Source of the DNA: Chiloscyllium plagiosum
Taxonomy: Eukaryota
Length of the DNA stretch: 64,000 bases
NCBI RefSeq assembly: GCF_004010195.1
Contig: NC_057743.1
Coordinates: 19,536,192 to 19,600,191, forward strand
Direction of reading: 5' to 3'
Positions 22,425 to 35,072 of the stretch are shown here, in pieces. The number at the start of each line of letters is the position of its first letter. Position 1 is the stretch's first letter. The position numbers and the translations under genes are program-made. The notes below the pieces were generated by a model. That model did no database searches. It saw only the letters and a list, made by a program, of their open reading frames with translations, and had not been told where the DNA came from.

Positions 22425-24840
22425 ACAGAGTAAGGCTGTGCAGGGCACAGCAAACAATCACTAATCTGGAGATTGTGTGGTGAGTTGCTCCTCCTGAGTG
22501 GTCTAAACATTGGAATTGCACCTTCAGAAGAAGAATTGTCCATTCAATTATGTCCCAAATGGATAAATGGGCAGCATTGTTGTGCATTTCATCATCAGTC
22601 TGAAGCTTTCATACTGGTGTCATTAGCCATGCCTTTTGGAGGTATCCTAGGATTTCCTCTTCCTTATTCTGCCATGCACAAGATTTTTGTAGCCTTGGTC
22701 TTTACTTTCCATGCATGCAGATATTGCTCAATGTGACTGATCAGGGTTTCATTATCCCCTGGCCTACAACCTTAGAATCTATAACCTGTAGAACGTTTCA
22801 TCTCCATGTCCTTAACTTTTAGATAAACAGCCTATGAATGCTTCTGAATGGCTATATGAGGAATAATGCTCCCTCCTCCCCCATTCAATCACCATCACTA
22901 CAGTTGGGAAATCTTGGTGTCCTTCTTTTCAGAGTTAAATAAATCATGGGACATGGTTGGGATATGGTGATGGAAGCTGTAGGAGTTCATCCTGTGGTAA
23001 ATGCTTCCCTTCAGCGTGAAGCCCTTAACCAAGTGCTCACACATTGCTATCTTTCAGTTTCTGTTTCAATTCCCTCATTTGGATGTGTTTGTCCTATGCA
23101 GGAACATGTGAAACAGATCTAGGGATCCATCAATTGGAACCATGCATTCTCTCTGAGAGGTTCTTTAGGAGAAAATTTAGGAGAGAGATGGTTGTTATCA
23201 ACTTTTTATTTGTTTCACTCACCCTCTACTTTCTTCACTGTAGATGGCCTTCTCCCTTCCACTGGCATACCCTCTGTTCTTTAATCTCAACCCCCGGGAG
23301 GGGCCTCTCGGTTCTGTGATCGGTCAAATAAATAACAGGAGTATGGTCTGCTTCAACAAGACTTCACACTTGCATGAGTAACAGCCGGGTACAGGTTTGT
23401 CCAGCAACATGGATGTTAAAAGCTTCTGTATTCCTTGGAGAAAACTGTGCAATTTCACTTGGAACAAAGGCAATTTTTATATGTTTCTTAAGAAGTAGTA
23501 CAGCCTTAATTGGAGAGTAAATCCAATAAAGTGTAATAAAATGACATAATGGTCAGCAGGTTAACCCAATGATATTTCCTGGGAAACAAAATTGTTTACC
23601 ACCCATTATCTCTTCCCACCTGCATTTCAAGGTTAGTTAGGATGTTTAGTAATGACTTATCTAGCTTAGTTAATTCCATCCTGTGAAGGCTCCATTGTTT
23701 GCTTTATCTTTTGATTCGGTTAGCTCAGCAAGGCAGGAATGCAGGTTTTAGCAGGGTGAGAAGCCATTTTAAACACAGTATTAATTTGCAGCCTGAACCC
23801 ACTCTGTTATGTTACTTTGCATTGAGAAGCCATTTTGTGGTTATTAAAACCATGCATAAAATGGTTACTCCTGACAACGGTCTAATTCCAGATTTTAGGT
23901 CCTCACTGTGACCACCCACCCTTTCACTCTTCTCCATGATATTCCCCCGATCCCACTCTTATTCGGATCCCTGTGCCTGACCTGACCCTTACATCACCCT
24001 TTATTTACTTTACCCACTCTTTCTCCCTGCCTAGTTCACCTAAATGTCCTATGATGTTCCCCAACCCAAACATACAGCTCCCACCTTTCCTTGCCCAAAT
24101 TGCCCTGATCAATGTGATTTTCTGGTCTGCATCCTGGTTTCCTCCCTCCATTCCCTAGGATCCTCCCTGTGATCCTTTAATTTCTAATGCTTACTGTTCC
24201 TTTCTGCCTAACTCTCCTTTTTTTGAACCTAGGACTTAAGAGCCCTTTTGAGTTTTCTTATTGCAAAACCATACTTTATTCTTAAAATTTTAATATGAAT
24301 ACATTGTCGCTAGGGAAGTTTGATTCTGTACACAATCTTTACATATGTAGAACAAAAAAACCCAAGGCATTTCTTGTTTACACAAAACTACATTTACAAA
24401 TATCCAAGGTAGCGGGAGGGTGTGATAACTGAATAGGCCCACATTTAACTTTGGCAGAAAGACTTTGATGATGGTCTTTCCTTTAGAGTTAAGCCCCACT
24501 TGGGTGTGCGGGTGTCAGCAGGGTGGTTGTCTCGCTTGGGAGACCTGTTGACCTTGTTGTGCTTTACCCCCTACTAACACTGTCAGTGTTTAGGAGCTAC
24601 ATGAGACTTCTCATGAGCGGGGCGAAAGTGAGAACTTCAGGTGCTGGAGATTTAAGTAAAGAATGTGGTGTTGAAAAGGCACAGCAGGTCAGGCAGCACC
24701 CGAGGAGCAGGAGAATCGACGTTTCGGTCAAAAGCCCTTCATTCATGGTATTGTGCAGTCCCTGACACTGTTTGCCCTTCAATGCTGTCTCTAACTGTGG
24801 TGATGTTTGCTTTTGCTGTGATGTGTGATATATCCTTATA

Positions 24841-25603
24841 GGAGAAAGTGAGGACTGCAGATGCTGGAGATCAGAGCTGAAAAATGTGTTGCTGGAAAAG
24901 CGCAGCAGGTCAGGCAGCATCCAAGGAGCAGGAGAATCGACGTTNNNNNNNNNNNGGTGGGACTGGAGAGGTTGGGAAGAAGATTGCAGGTCAAGAAGGT
25001 GGTGCTGAGCCCGAGGGTTGGGACTGAGATAAGTGGAGGGGAAATGAGGAAGCTGGGGAAATCTGCATTCATCCCTTGTGGTTGGAGGGTTCCTAGGCAG
25101 AAGATGAGGCGCTCTTCCTCCAGGCGTCGTGTTGCCATGGTTTGGCGATGGAGGAGGCCAAGGACCTGCATGTCCTTGGCAGAGTGGGAGGGGGAGTTAA
25201 AGTGTTCAGTTACAGGGCGGTTGGGTTGGTTGGTGCGGGTGTCCCAGAGTTGTTCTCTGAAACGTTCCGCAAGTAGGCGGCCTGTCTCCCCAATGTAGAG
25301 GAGGCCACATCGGGTGCAACGGATACAGTAAATGATGTGTGTGGAGGTGCAGGTGAATTTATGACGAATATGGAAGGATCCCTTGGGGCCTTAGAGGGAA
25401 GTGAGGGGGGAGGTGTGGGCACAAGTTTTACATTTCTTGCGGTTGCAGGGGAAGGTGCCAGGAGTGGAGGTTGGGTTGGTGGGGGGTGTGGACCTGATGA
25501 GGGAGTTGCGGAGGGAGTGGTCTTTCCGGAACGCTGATAGGGGAGGGGAGGGAAATATATCCTTGGTGGTGGGGTCTATTTGGAGGTGGCGGAAATGACA
25601 AAG
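24841..25603 (-). mobile_element. 5'-truncated Penelope-like element with GIY-YIG remnant and 14-bp TSD
   Basis: The minus strand encodes ...YIGETGRLLAERFREQ...RRLEEERLIFCLGTLQPQGMN. TSD gatatatccttata at 24827-24840 and 25604-25617. Confidence 0.88.
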
Positions 25604-26074
25604 GATATATCCTTATATCACAGCCTAGCCAAAACTCTATGTCCTCCAAAAAATACTTATCGCCTAGCACCTTTGGGTGCTGACCTCTACAGTTCCAACC
25701 AAGGACTTTTTAATTCTATCTTTCTGTTAGTGACATTATCCTCAATGGGGAAAAAATTGAAAATCTAAAATCTGTCCCAAGAAACTGAGGATCTTATTTA
25801 TCCTTGTAATATCTTCCTTACATAGGCATAGCAGCTGGGCTCTGTTGCAGTTAATAAAAGCTACGTTTAAAATAGAATTCACTGTGAACCATGACAGGCA
25901 TGCACAGACAAAGGAAAAGCAAAGAGATTACACTAGATAAACAGACATGAAGAATATCCTATGGCTCATCGTAAATTATCCCGAAGTCTCACACTTAGCA
26001 TTGAATTGTTGCTTACATTATTTCTGGGACTTATTTGTGACTGTTCTATTTATGTCTCTTGTCAATAGCAGCAG

Positions 26075-26460
26075 TCATTCCTAAATCAGAAGTCCATAGA
26101 TTTGATTTCAGTTCTTGGGATGTGAGTAATTAATCACTCCACTGCAGTGCTGGGGGAATGTTGTATTGTTGTAGGTGCATTCTTTAAGATGAGAAATTAA
26201 CTCAAAATGCTATTTGCCTTTTAAATGGATCTAAAAGACCAACAGGCAACTGTCTTGGAGAAAGTGAGAACTGCAGATGCTGGAGATCAGAGTCGAAAAG
26301 TGTGGTGCTGGAAAAGCACAGCCAGTCAGGCAGCATCTGAGGAGCAAAAGAGTCGACATTTCGAACATGAGCTCTTCATTTGCCTGATAATTATTTCTTG
26401 ATTAGTAAATTATCTCATCGTTCTTTGTGGGATGATGTTGATGCCTTATACAGGAAACCT
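26075..26460 (+). mobile_element. Degraded Deu-domain-like SINE, interrupted by a Penelope terminal fragment (26257-26380)
   Basis: ccactgcagtgctgggggaatgttgtattgttgtaggtgcattctttaagatgaga...atggatctaaaagacc resembles the DeuSINE core (SacSINE1/AmnSINE1 type). Confidence 0.5.
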
Positions 26461-27057
26461 GATAATGATCACCTGCCTAGTTGCATTCCACTCGTGACAG
26501 TCCCATATTTCTGACAGAATTAAAACCATTCATTTAATAAAGTATGAAATTATCTCGACATTTTCTTGCTGACTCAAGCCGATCCCCTGAGGAATGGCAC
26601 CTCCGAGACTCTCGGCCAGGTGACCATTCCCTACATTTCAGCCTAAACTTGGAGAGTCAGCAGAATATTCCGAGTCCAATCCTCTCTGTACACTCCCATG
26701 CATGCCAGCAGGCGTCACCGAGGTAAGCAGTGCAATGTGAGGGAATGGGAGGAGCGAGCGGCAGTGTCGTGTGGAAGTTTAGCTTTTGAACTAAAGGAAG
26801 ATCCCACGCTGCCTCCTGTTGGTGTTCCAAAATTTCACATTTGCTCAGTTTGTCACTATTTTCAAAATTATCCAGTAAAGCAGATAAGAAATACAATCAA
26901 TGTAGCAGCTTGATTGTTTTGAATTTCTCATCACTGAAAACTCTGCTCATGGTATTTCTGAATATTGGCAGTGATATTTAGCCAGGTTAAATCCCTGGCG
27001 TGGTTACCCTGATGCTGCACCAGTTATTTTTAGATGCTGTAAGCTGCCCTCTGATAT

Positions 27058-27573
27058 ATGAGAGGCCAATGCCATCAAAACAGCAGAGTAGCTCAGCCAC
27101 CAAACAGATTTCACAGGCCGTGGCCACTTCAAATGAAATCAGAACAAAGCAATGATCATGTGGTGAAGGAGGCCTATGTAATGTCACAGGATTACATCAA
27201 GTATGTGACTGGAAGGACATCAAAACCAGCTCCTAGCAAGGCTTCAGCAGCCCTGAGACATGCAGGCGATGATCTCCTGGAGAAATATCCCATCTTCTTT
27301 AAGCGATGGCCCCGGATTTTCAGGGAAGTTTGTTCTGATGACGCCTGCGATTACTTATTCAAGTTGTTGGATGAGCATTTCCAACCAGAGAAACCTTGGC
27401 AAAAGAAGGAGCTTACCTGGAGTGGGATACTTTCCATTTATGTCCTGGCAGGACAGCTGGCCAAACACTGCCAGGCGAATGGCATGGAGTCTGTGCTCGA
27501 GGAGCTGGAATTCAATGTGGGTCAGTACGTGGAGAGAAAAGTGTGTCCACATATTAAAGAAAAGGGAGGATGG
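27058..27573 (+). CDS. bcl2l16: Bcl-2 family protein, coding exon 1 (probably Bcl-wav/bcl2l16)
   Basis: BH4-like EAYVMSQDYIKYV, BH3 ALRHAGDDLL, BH1-like LTWSGILSIYVLAGQLA, and BH2 start IKEKGGW followed by a phase-0 GTAAGT donor at 27574, the conserved Bcl-2 family intron position. The start codon is uncertain (27058 or 27133). The family call is firm; the orthologue name is recalled, not searched. Confidence 0.85.
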
Positions 27574-28689
27574 GTAAGTATCACTGAAATAAATAGCTCT
27601 CATTCAGTGGCTCTGATGGAATCAAATTGTTTAAATGTCCTAATCATCATGTAGCTTACCGTCTAGCAACAATGAGGTTCTGAGAAGCTGCACCAATCAG
27701 TGTGTTCGTGGTTTGACTTGCCTCCAGGCTGGAATTTGAATTGAATTTAATGGAATGATTTATTGTTACTTGTATTTAACAAATAAATAATGAAAAATGT
27801 AATATGTTCCTTCACCTTGATTCAGTCTGACTCCAACCAATGTGACATTCCAGACACTGCATGACTTATAATTATCTGTACCCAAACAGACACAAGCCTT
27901 TTTTTTGGTTTGGGTCACTTACTTTTTTTTTCAGTAACAGAACCTGTTTGATACCTTGTGCCAGCAGTGACATATCGAGCCATTGACTGTTCATCATTGG
28001 TCAAGTTATGTTTTTGCATTTTTCGCCTTTCAAATTGGTTATTTTATACTTGGCTTGTTTATCAATTGAGATATGCCAAAACATTTATCCCATCAAAAAT
28101 AGATTCAAACATACATAGTTCATTTTAATGATAATGGTCTAGCTATCAGGGATTGTCATGGATTGATTAGCTTCATTGGTTAGTTTATTTTAAACAGTAA
28201 AACACATAAGCTATGAAGCAGACATTATAGCAAACCAATTGATTTATGTGTACAGGTTGCACGATCATAACAAACTAACTGGTCAGGAAGTGTCACAACA
28301 TTGTATACACACAGTACATGGCGTCTTTAAAGGTGAATTCTCTCAAAAGGTAACATACAGCAACATACAGACATGATCACTCCCCAATCATGCCCCAAAC
28401 AACTATAACTAAACTAACTATACACCAGATAAATTAATCGATAATTGTAATCCCATTCATCATCTTAATTGCATCCTTTAACAAACTGTAACCCACTTCA
28501 CTGGATCTTTCAGCACTCTAAGTTCTTGAGTATATCCTGCCCTCACAACCATTTAATAAAAATACAAATAAAAACATTGACTGAAGACATTGAGGAAGAT
28601 TAACAGTGAACAAAGAGAGAAAACTGCAGAACATGTCCTCATTGTAACACTCCTATTATCAACATCCTTCACTGTAACACTCCCCGACA

Positions 28690-28995
28690 TGGGCGGCACA
28701 GTGGTTCAGTGGTTAGCACTGCTGCCTCACAGCACCAGGGACCAAGGTTTGATTCCTGCCTTGGGTGATTGTCTGGAGTTTGCACATTCTCCCTGTGTCT
28801 GCATGGGTCCCCTCCGGGTGCTCTGGTTTCCTCCCACAATCCAAAGATGTGCAGGTCAGGTGAATTGGCCATGCTAAATTGCCCATAGTGTTGGGTGAAT
28901 TAGTCAGGGGTAAATATAGGATAGGGGAATGGGTCTGGGTGGGTGACTCTTCGGAGGGTCAATGTGGACTTGCTGGGCCTTTGTAGGGAATCTAA
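28690..28995 (+). mobile_element. HE1-like SINE in the Bcl-2-like gene intron
   Basis: Head gggcggcacagtggttcagtggttagcactgctgcctcacagc, same body as the other copies. Confidence 0.88.
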
Positions 28996-29039
28996 TAACC
29001 CTCACCTCTCACTGAAACACTCTCTGATTTACTCCACTT

Positions 29040-30075
29040 GCTTTAATGTTACTGGTAAGTTGGGAAAGCCCATTGAATAAAAGGGGACAGTGGCAGCTTG
29101 GATACAAAATTGGCTGAGTGACAGGGAAGTAGAGAGTTGTAGTGAATAGATGCTTTTTGGATCGGAGGAAGCTATAATGGGCCACTGCTTTTCTTGATTT
29201 ATATTAATGACATGGTCTTTGGTGACAGACCACAATTTCAAAATTTGTAGCTAACTTCAAACTGAAAGTAATGTGGACTGTGAGGAAGATAGTGGCAAAC
29301 TTTAAACGATTATATAAAAGATTGATGGAATAGGCAGCCATGTAGTGATGAATTTTAAAGAAGTAAAGGGATATCTTTGGAAGTAGAACAAGGAGACAAT
29401 ATAAAGAATTTAATTCTGCTGGAAGTGTAAAAGCAAAGATACCTGCCATACATTTGCAAAAGTCAATGAAGGTAGAAGGGCAGGTTCAGAAAATGGTTAA
29501 TAAAGCATATGGGATACTGGGCTTAGTAAATGGAGGCATGGGGTTCAAAATCAAATAAATTATGGTGAACCTTTGTAACACATTGGCTTCAGCTCGTGAC
29601 CTGCATCTAAATCTGGACATACTTAAATTTCTACTGCCTTCACATCATTTTTTAAAGATTAAAGTGATTCCAGGAATGAAGAACTTCACTTGTGTGAATA
29701 GATTAAGGAGACCATTCCAGAAGATTGAGAGATTTGATACAGGTTTTCAAAATCTTGAAGGGGCTGGATGGAGAAGCAGTGCCTATTGGTGGAATGATTG
29801 AGAGCAGAGGATACAAGATTGAGGTGAGTGGCAAAAGGACCAGGAGGAAAATCTTTTTGTGTAGCGAGTGATTGTGATCTAGATTGCATTGCCTGGGAAT
29901 GTGACAGATTCAATCACAGTTTTCAAAAGGGAACTGGATAATTATTTGCATAGAAAATAATTAGAAAAGTCACAGGAGAAAAGGTTGGAAGTAGGATTGT
30001 TTTTTCAGGTAGCCAGTATGGATACCACAGGTCAAATTGCCATCTTCTGTGTTGTAACCATTCTATGGCTCTATG
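29040..30075 (+). mobile_element. Highly degraded CR1 3' fragment
   Basis: tggatacaaaattggctgagtgacaggg...atttcaaaatttgtag..., ending ccattctatggctctatg (octamer-like tail). Confidence 0.7.
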
Positions 30076-30648
30076 TTAGAAAAGCAACAACTAGTGTCTC
30101 AATTTCTAAGAATCCAGCTTTTTATTACATGTGACCTCCTTACTTATGAATGAAATCCAGCTTCCCTGCACACTCGGTGGCTCACCTCAAACAAACTGCA
30201 AATGTTACACCTCGCCCATTGATAAAATGGGTGGGTAAAGTTTCTAAAATACCTCATTGAATGGTCAAATGTCGGCTGCGCCAGGTACAGACAGAACAAG
30301 AGTTCAACACATGCGCAAACCTCCTTGTTCGCAATCACCCGAATCCAACTTTACTCGAGTCGAGGGAAGTGGGCGCAATATGTAAATAATTATTGAATTT
30401 TAAAACATAGAAACACTGCCAGGGCTAAATTAGTGAACACAAAGCTCCCAAATGACAATTGTTTGAAAATGACAATAGAATTCTCCTGGTTAATAATCTT
30501 TCTTGCATTAACAGCATGAAGAACTGGTCATTCATTTCATTGCTGTTTTGTTGCACAGGTTGAGGTATTCTTGAATCACATGATAAGGTAATAATATAAA
30601 TCAACGATTTCTTCACACGAGAACTGTGCTTCTTTCTTTTTTCCTCAG

Positions 30649-30780
30649 TCTGGTTTCATAGAGCGTTTTGCTAAGAAGGAAGAGCCTGAACATACTGCCT
30701 TCCGAGCTTGCTGTGGAATGTTACTCCTGCTGGGTGCCATGTCCCTGGCTTACTACATTTACAGGCGAAGGTTATGCTGA
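30649..30780 (+). CDS. bcl2l16: Bcl-2 family protein, terminal exon (end of BH2 and C-terminal TM anchor)
   Basis: Strong acceptor ttctttctttttttcctcAG, then SGFIERFAKKEEPEHTAFRACCGMLLLLGAMSLAYYIYRRRLC*. This completes GGW|SGF and gives a tail anchor flanked by basic residues. Confidence 0.9.
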   Translation, partial: SGFIERFAKKEEPEHTAFRACCGMLLLLGAMSLAYYIYRRRLC

Positions 30781-33136
30781 TGGGATTGACGACAGACTTT
30801 TTGAGACATTGACCATCAGTGCGTTTCACGTCATTCTCTATACCAGATCAGATCAACCAATTTTAATTCCTGCTGCCTGGGATGAGCTGTTGCTGCAAAA
30901 TAGACAAGTACTTTCACAGGTGACCACTGGATAATTTGCACCACTGCATTTATGAAATTCGTTAATTGGATAAATTCTGTGCTTAATCATAAGAGGTCAT
31001 TTTAGTCTTTTTTTAAAAAACCTGCTTCTCTAACTATCTTGTGTGATAAGTGTTTCACATTCTCAATAATGACTACCTTGCAAATGTACTTCTTTGGCTG
31101 GAAGGCACATTATGATAATGAAATACATTGATATAAATGCATGTATTTTTGTATTAATTTGATTTAACAACACAAAACTCACTCCAGATACATCTAATGT
31201 GTTATCACACTCATTTATTTATGTAAGATTTTAGTGGAGTGAATTCTTATGCTATTAGGGCTGTAACAGATAAAAAGGAATAGATGAACCTTGAGAATCT
31301 TATACTGTATATGCTGGCATCTGAAAGAATAAGGACATTTTATCAATGCAGGATTCCAATAAAAACATAATACTGTTTGATTGCTTGATTTCCCTTCAGC
31401 TGAAAATCTGTTATGTTGCTTAGGAGTTTCTGCTTTTATTTCATTGAATTTGGAGATGGAACTTTGCCTGGGCATTCTTTCCTTCTCCATGTGTACATTG
31501 CAGACAAGTCTACAGGAAATGCAGCAACATTACATTTCCATGAACAATTAATATCTCTTCTGCATTCAGTGTCAAGTCCTATCTTGTCCCAGTATTTCTA
31601 CAGCAGGTTCTGAAAGAGAGGGGGGGCAGTGAAGGAAATTGGAAATGTGACAAATAATATTCTAACAAAATAAACTGAACTGAATTAACCCTGCCATCCA
31701 GTGGACAGATGACATAATTACGAGCGATTCCTGCTGGAAAATCCACACCTTCCCTAATGTCATTAGGAAAATGCAATTCTTTAACACATTCTGATTTTCA
31801 TCCTGTGTCTTGTAGAATCCAATCGGGTTGCTGAAAGTTAGTCTGCAAAAAAGAGTCACAAATACCCAGAAACAGAAACAGAAATTGCTGGCGAAATTCA
31901 GCATCGTCTTGGGTTCGGTGAGTCTTCATCAGAACTCAAAATGTTAATTCTGCTTTCTCCCCACAATTTGCTGCAATTTCCATATTTGTTTCAGAGCTCC
32001 ACCATCCAGTGTTCTTTGTTTTATTTCACAAATACAACTGAGTTTCCACAGAATAAAGTAAAACTCAGCATTTACAAAGCTGCCAAATTCTTGGATGCAC
32101 AGATTGGCAGTCACCTAGGTTCCAGGGTCAAAGAGCCTTCTGGGATATGCATAGTATTGTAGCCATCCCACAGGGGTGCATCCATTCGCAGCAGCATACT
32201 AGTGCAATTCCACTGACAATGCAGTCATCTGACAGTATCCACTGATACACTTTCATTAACTTTATACAAAATATTCCTGATGCAAACTGGGAATAGACAC
32301 AAACAACTAATGGCCAGGTAACTAGACTAATTCACTTTAAATCACTTATAGGTGCCATATTACTGAGTTCGTAACCTTTTCATCCAATTTTCCACTTCCT
32401 ACACCTCCAGTATCACACCCCCCCGACCTAGATATTGAGTATCAGCAGAGTGTTTGACTCTTGGGAAAATTAAAACTGAAACCAATCCTTCACCTCATTT
32501 TTGAGCAGTGATTTCTGGCAATTTTTTTTTCCTTTTCTGCCTCTGGATGCTTATGTTCATTGTAGTACCTTTAGCACTGCTCCCACTCAGGTCGATGCTT
32601 ACTGCAAAATCAAAGGACCAGACATGGTATCTTCTCATTTTATTATCACAGCCATCACCCACAGAGCATGTAGGTGAAGAAGGGGTCTGGGGTGGTTGTC
32701 AGATTTAATAATTAAGCAGTAAACAGCGTGAGTTGGCCATTTGTGACCAACTGGGGCTTTGAAATGTTGCTTGAAGATGAAATGCTCACTCCCCAGCTCA
32801 ATTACCCATATTATTAGTAATATGATAATGAGTCAATGATAATCTTAAAACTGACATTTTCTGCTATGCTTTCAGTTTTCAATTATACATAGCAACAAAC
32901 ACTAATATTGAGAGAAAGGTATGATTGAGAGAAAGGTATCATCCCAGTATGATTGCTTGCAACCAGTTCCCCTTTCTCCAAGACTCTACAGTCTACAAAC
33001 AGCCAAGTAAACATTAATTGAAAGGAGCTGAAGCTCAGAATTGATCAAGCTGCAGCAGGCTGCTAAATCAGCAAGTCTGAGTGCTGGATCTGGGTCCATT
33101 TCTCATTCAGCTGACATCTTCATAGTCACCCACAGG

Positions 33137-33235
33137 TTATGTGTCAGATGCTCTTGACCTCTGCTGTGCACGCTGCTGGGTTGATCTTATTGTGGTACTG
33201 AAGGCTGTGGTACTGTGATTGGCTCCTGAGGAATC
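33137..33235 (-). CDS. TMEM82: TMEM82 exon 6 (terminal)
   Basis: Acceptor attttacAG, phase 0, DSSGANHSTTAFSTTIRSTQQRAQQRSRASDT*. The phase and low-complexity tail fit, but sequence conservation is weak. Confidence 0.65.
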   Translation of the reverse strand, partial: DSSGANHSTTAFSTTIRSTQQRAQQRSRASDT

Positions 33236-33284
33236 CTGTAAAATATAATTTATTTTTGTTTAATGACATTTTAATGTGTCAACT

Positions 33285-33590
33285 CTGACTCAGTTGGTGG
33301 CACTCTCACATCGGACTCAAATGTTCAGGGTTCAACTCCCTGCGGAAGTTAAATTCTAATATGAAGTGAAATAGATTATAGACACTATTTTGAGTGTCTT
33401 GGACAATATTTATTTCTCAATAAACATCACAAAGGCAGATTGTCTGGTCATTATCACATTATTATTTGTGAGAGTTTACTATGTGCAAACTGGCAACAGT
33501 GACTACCCCTTCAAAATGTACTTAATTGGGTATCAGGTGCTTTGAGACATCCATAGTTATGAAAAGCATTATATAAATCTAAGTACTTTG
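33285..33590 (+). mobile_element. Degraded tRNA-head SINE with L2-like tail
   Basis: A/B boxes ctcagttggtggcactct...gggttcaactccc and tail gtgctttgagacatcc...gaaaagcattatataaat. Confidence 0.55.
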
Positions 33591-34523
33591 TTTTTTTAAA
33601 TTAAATTTGCCCTCACCCCTGTCACTGAAGATATAAACTATTCTTCAGGTTCAGTACCCAAGTACAAGCTGTTCACCATTAACTTAACAGGTGAATTTGA
33701 AAATTATTTCTCAGACATTCTTTCGATTGTATTGTATTGATAGATTAGGAAACCTTAAAAGAATGAAAAGCTTCATATCTAAACATAGAAAAGACACGTA
33801 ACACCAGGACAGGGAATCTGTCCAATAAATGTTCACGTATGTAAATATGGCAGGAAGAGTACATGCAAATAGATGAAAGTGAACATGGCTTCTGTGTACA
33901 GGCAAATATGAACATCTGTGTCATCAACAGGAGTTTGGTCTGCAAGCAGTGAACACAGAACTGGTAAGAACAGGGCCTTACATAATATTACTATTACTAT
34001 TATTATTACACTGGGCTCTGTTCTTTGCAGACAGAGACCAGATCGATACACACTGCATCTGTTTCAACTCAACAAGATACATGGCAGTCATTCGCTGATT
34101 CATTTCTCAAGGCATTACTATGGACAATCAGAATCAATCTACCTGGTTGAAAATTTAAATAAAACATAGCCATCAACTGTCAGTCATCATTATCTGGTGT
34201 ATTATCCACTACAACACGTCTAACAATCAGAGTGTTCTTGTCAACCAATTAACACTCGTCTCTGCTACAGTATAAATGTTGATTTTACCTGACATTGGTA
34301 TTAGTGCAAATTGGTCTGATGAGTCCAAGGCACAAAGCTTTGGACAAAATATGTCCTTCCTCATCAATATTACCATGTTCTTGTATTTAACGAAGAGATA
34401 CATGAATGACATTACATGAGAAATATAAACACATCATCAACTTTAAAAATAACTAAGTGTCTAAAACACAGACAAGAAATTAGGTACAGTGAGGAGACAT
34501 ACTGGACTAAATCTTTATATGAG

Positions 34524-34719
34524 GAGAAAGTGAGGTCTGCAGATGCTGGAGATCAGAGCTGGAAATGTGTTGCTGGAAAAGCGCAGCAGGTCAGACAGCA
34601 TCCAGGGAACAGGAGAATCGACGTTTCGGGCATAAGCCCTGATTCCTGAAGAAGGGCTTATGCCCGAAACGTCGATTCTCCTGTTCCCTGGATGCTGTCT
34701 GACCTGCTGCGCTTTTCCA
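34524..34719. mobile_element. Palindromic Penelope-derived mini-element with 16-bp TSD and intact hammerhead motif
   Basis: ~66 bp inverted arms that look perfect by eye (34575-34640 / 34652-34718). TSD taaatctttatatgag at 34508-34523 and 34720-34735. Confidence 0.88.
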
Positions 34720-34884
34720 TAAATCTTTATATGAGTCTTTCAAAGCTGTGTACAAAATTAGCTTCTTGGACACAGTGTTTTCTGCTAATCAACATCTGAA
34801 GGGTTTCCACCTCACTCGAAGATGTGGTCTGATCTAGTCACCTCTGATATGAAGGACAAGCTGAGAAACTACTGCCTTATGTAC

Positions 34885-35072
34885 CTGTTGTCTGCAGGCC
34901 TCCCGCATTTGCCCTGCTTGAAGAAGACATAACAGCTCTCCGATCAGTGATAAGATCACATGCAACACATCCATCCACTTCCCAATAGTCAGGGTCAAAA
35001 TCAGCAGCCCACCCATCCTCACACCCACTGTCTGATAGACAGTTTGCTCAGTTGGATTCTGCTTCTGCTCCT
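34885..35072 (-). CDS. TMEM82: TMEM82 exon 5
   Basis: (E)EQKQNPTEQTVYQTVGVRMGGLLILTLTIGKWMDVLHVILSLIGELLCL...CRQQ. AG/GT boundaries, 188 nt, phases 1 to 0. Confidence 0.92.

Noticed and set aside
27574-27654. ORF-track extension of the Bcl-2-like ORF (VSITEINSS...)
   Set aside because: Read-through into the intron. The canonical donor after GGW and a matching downstream exon explain the true C-terminus.
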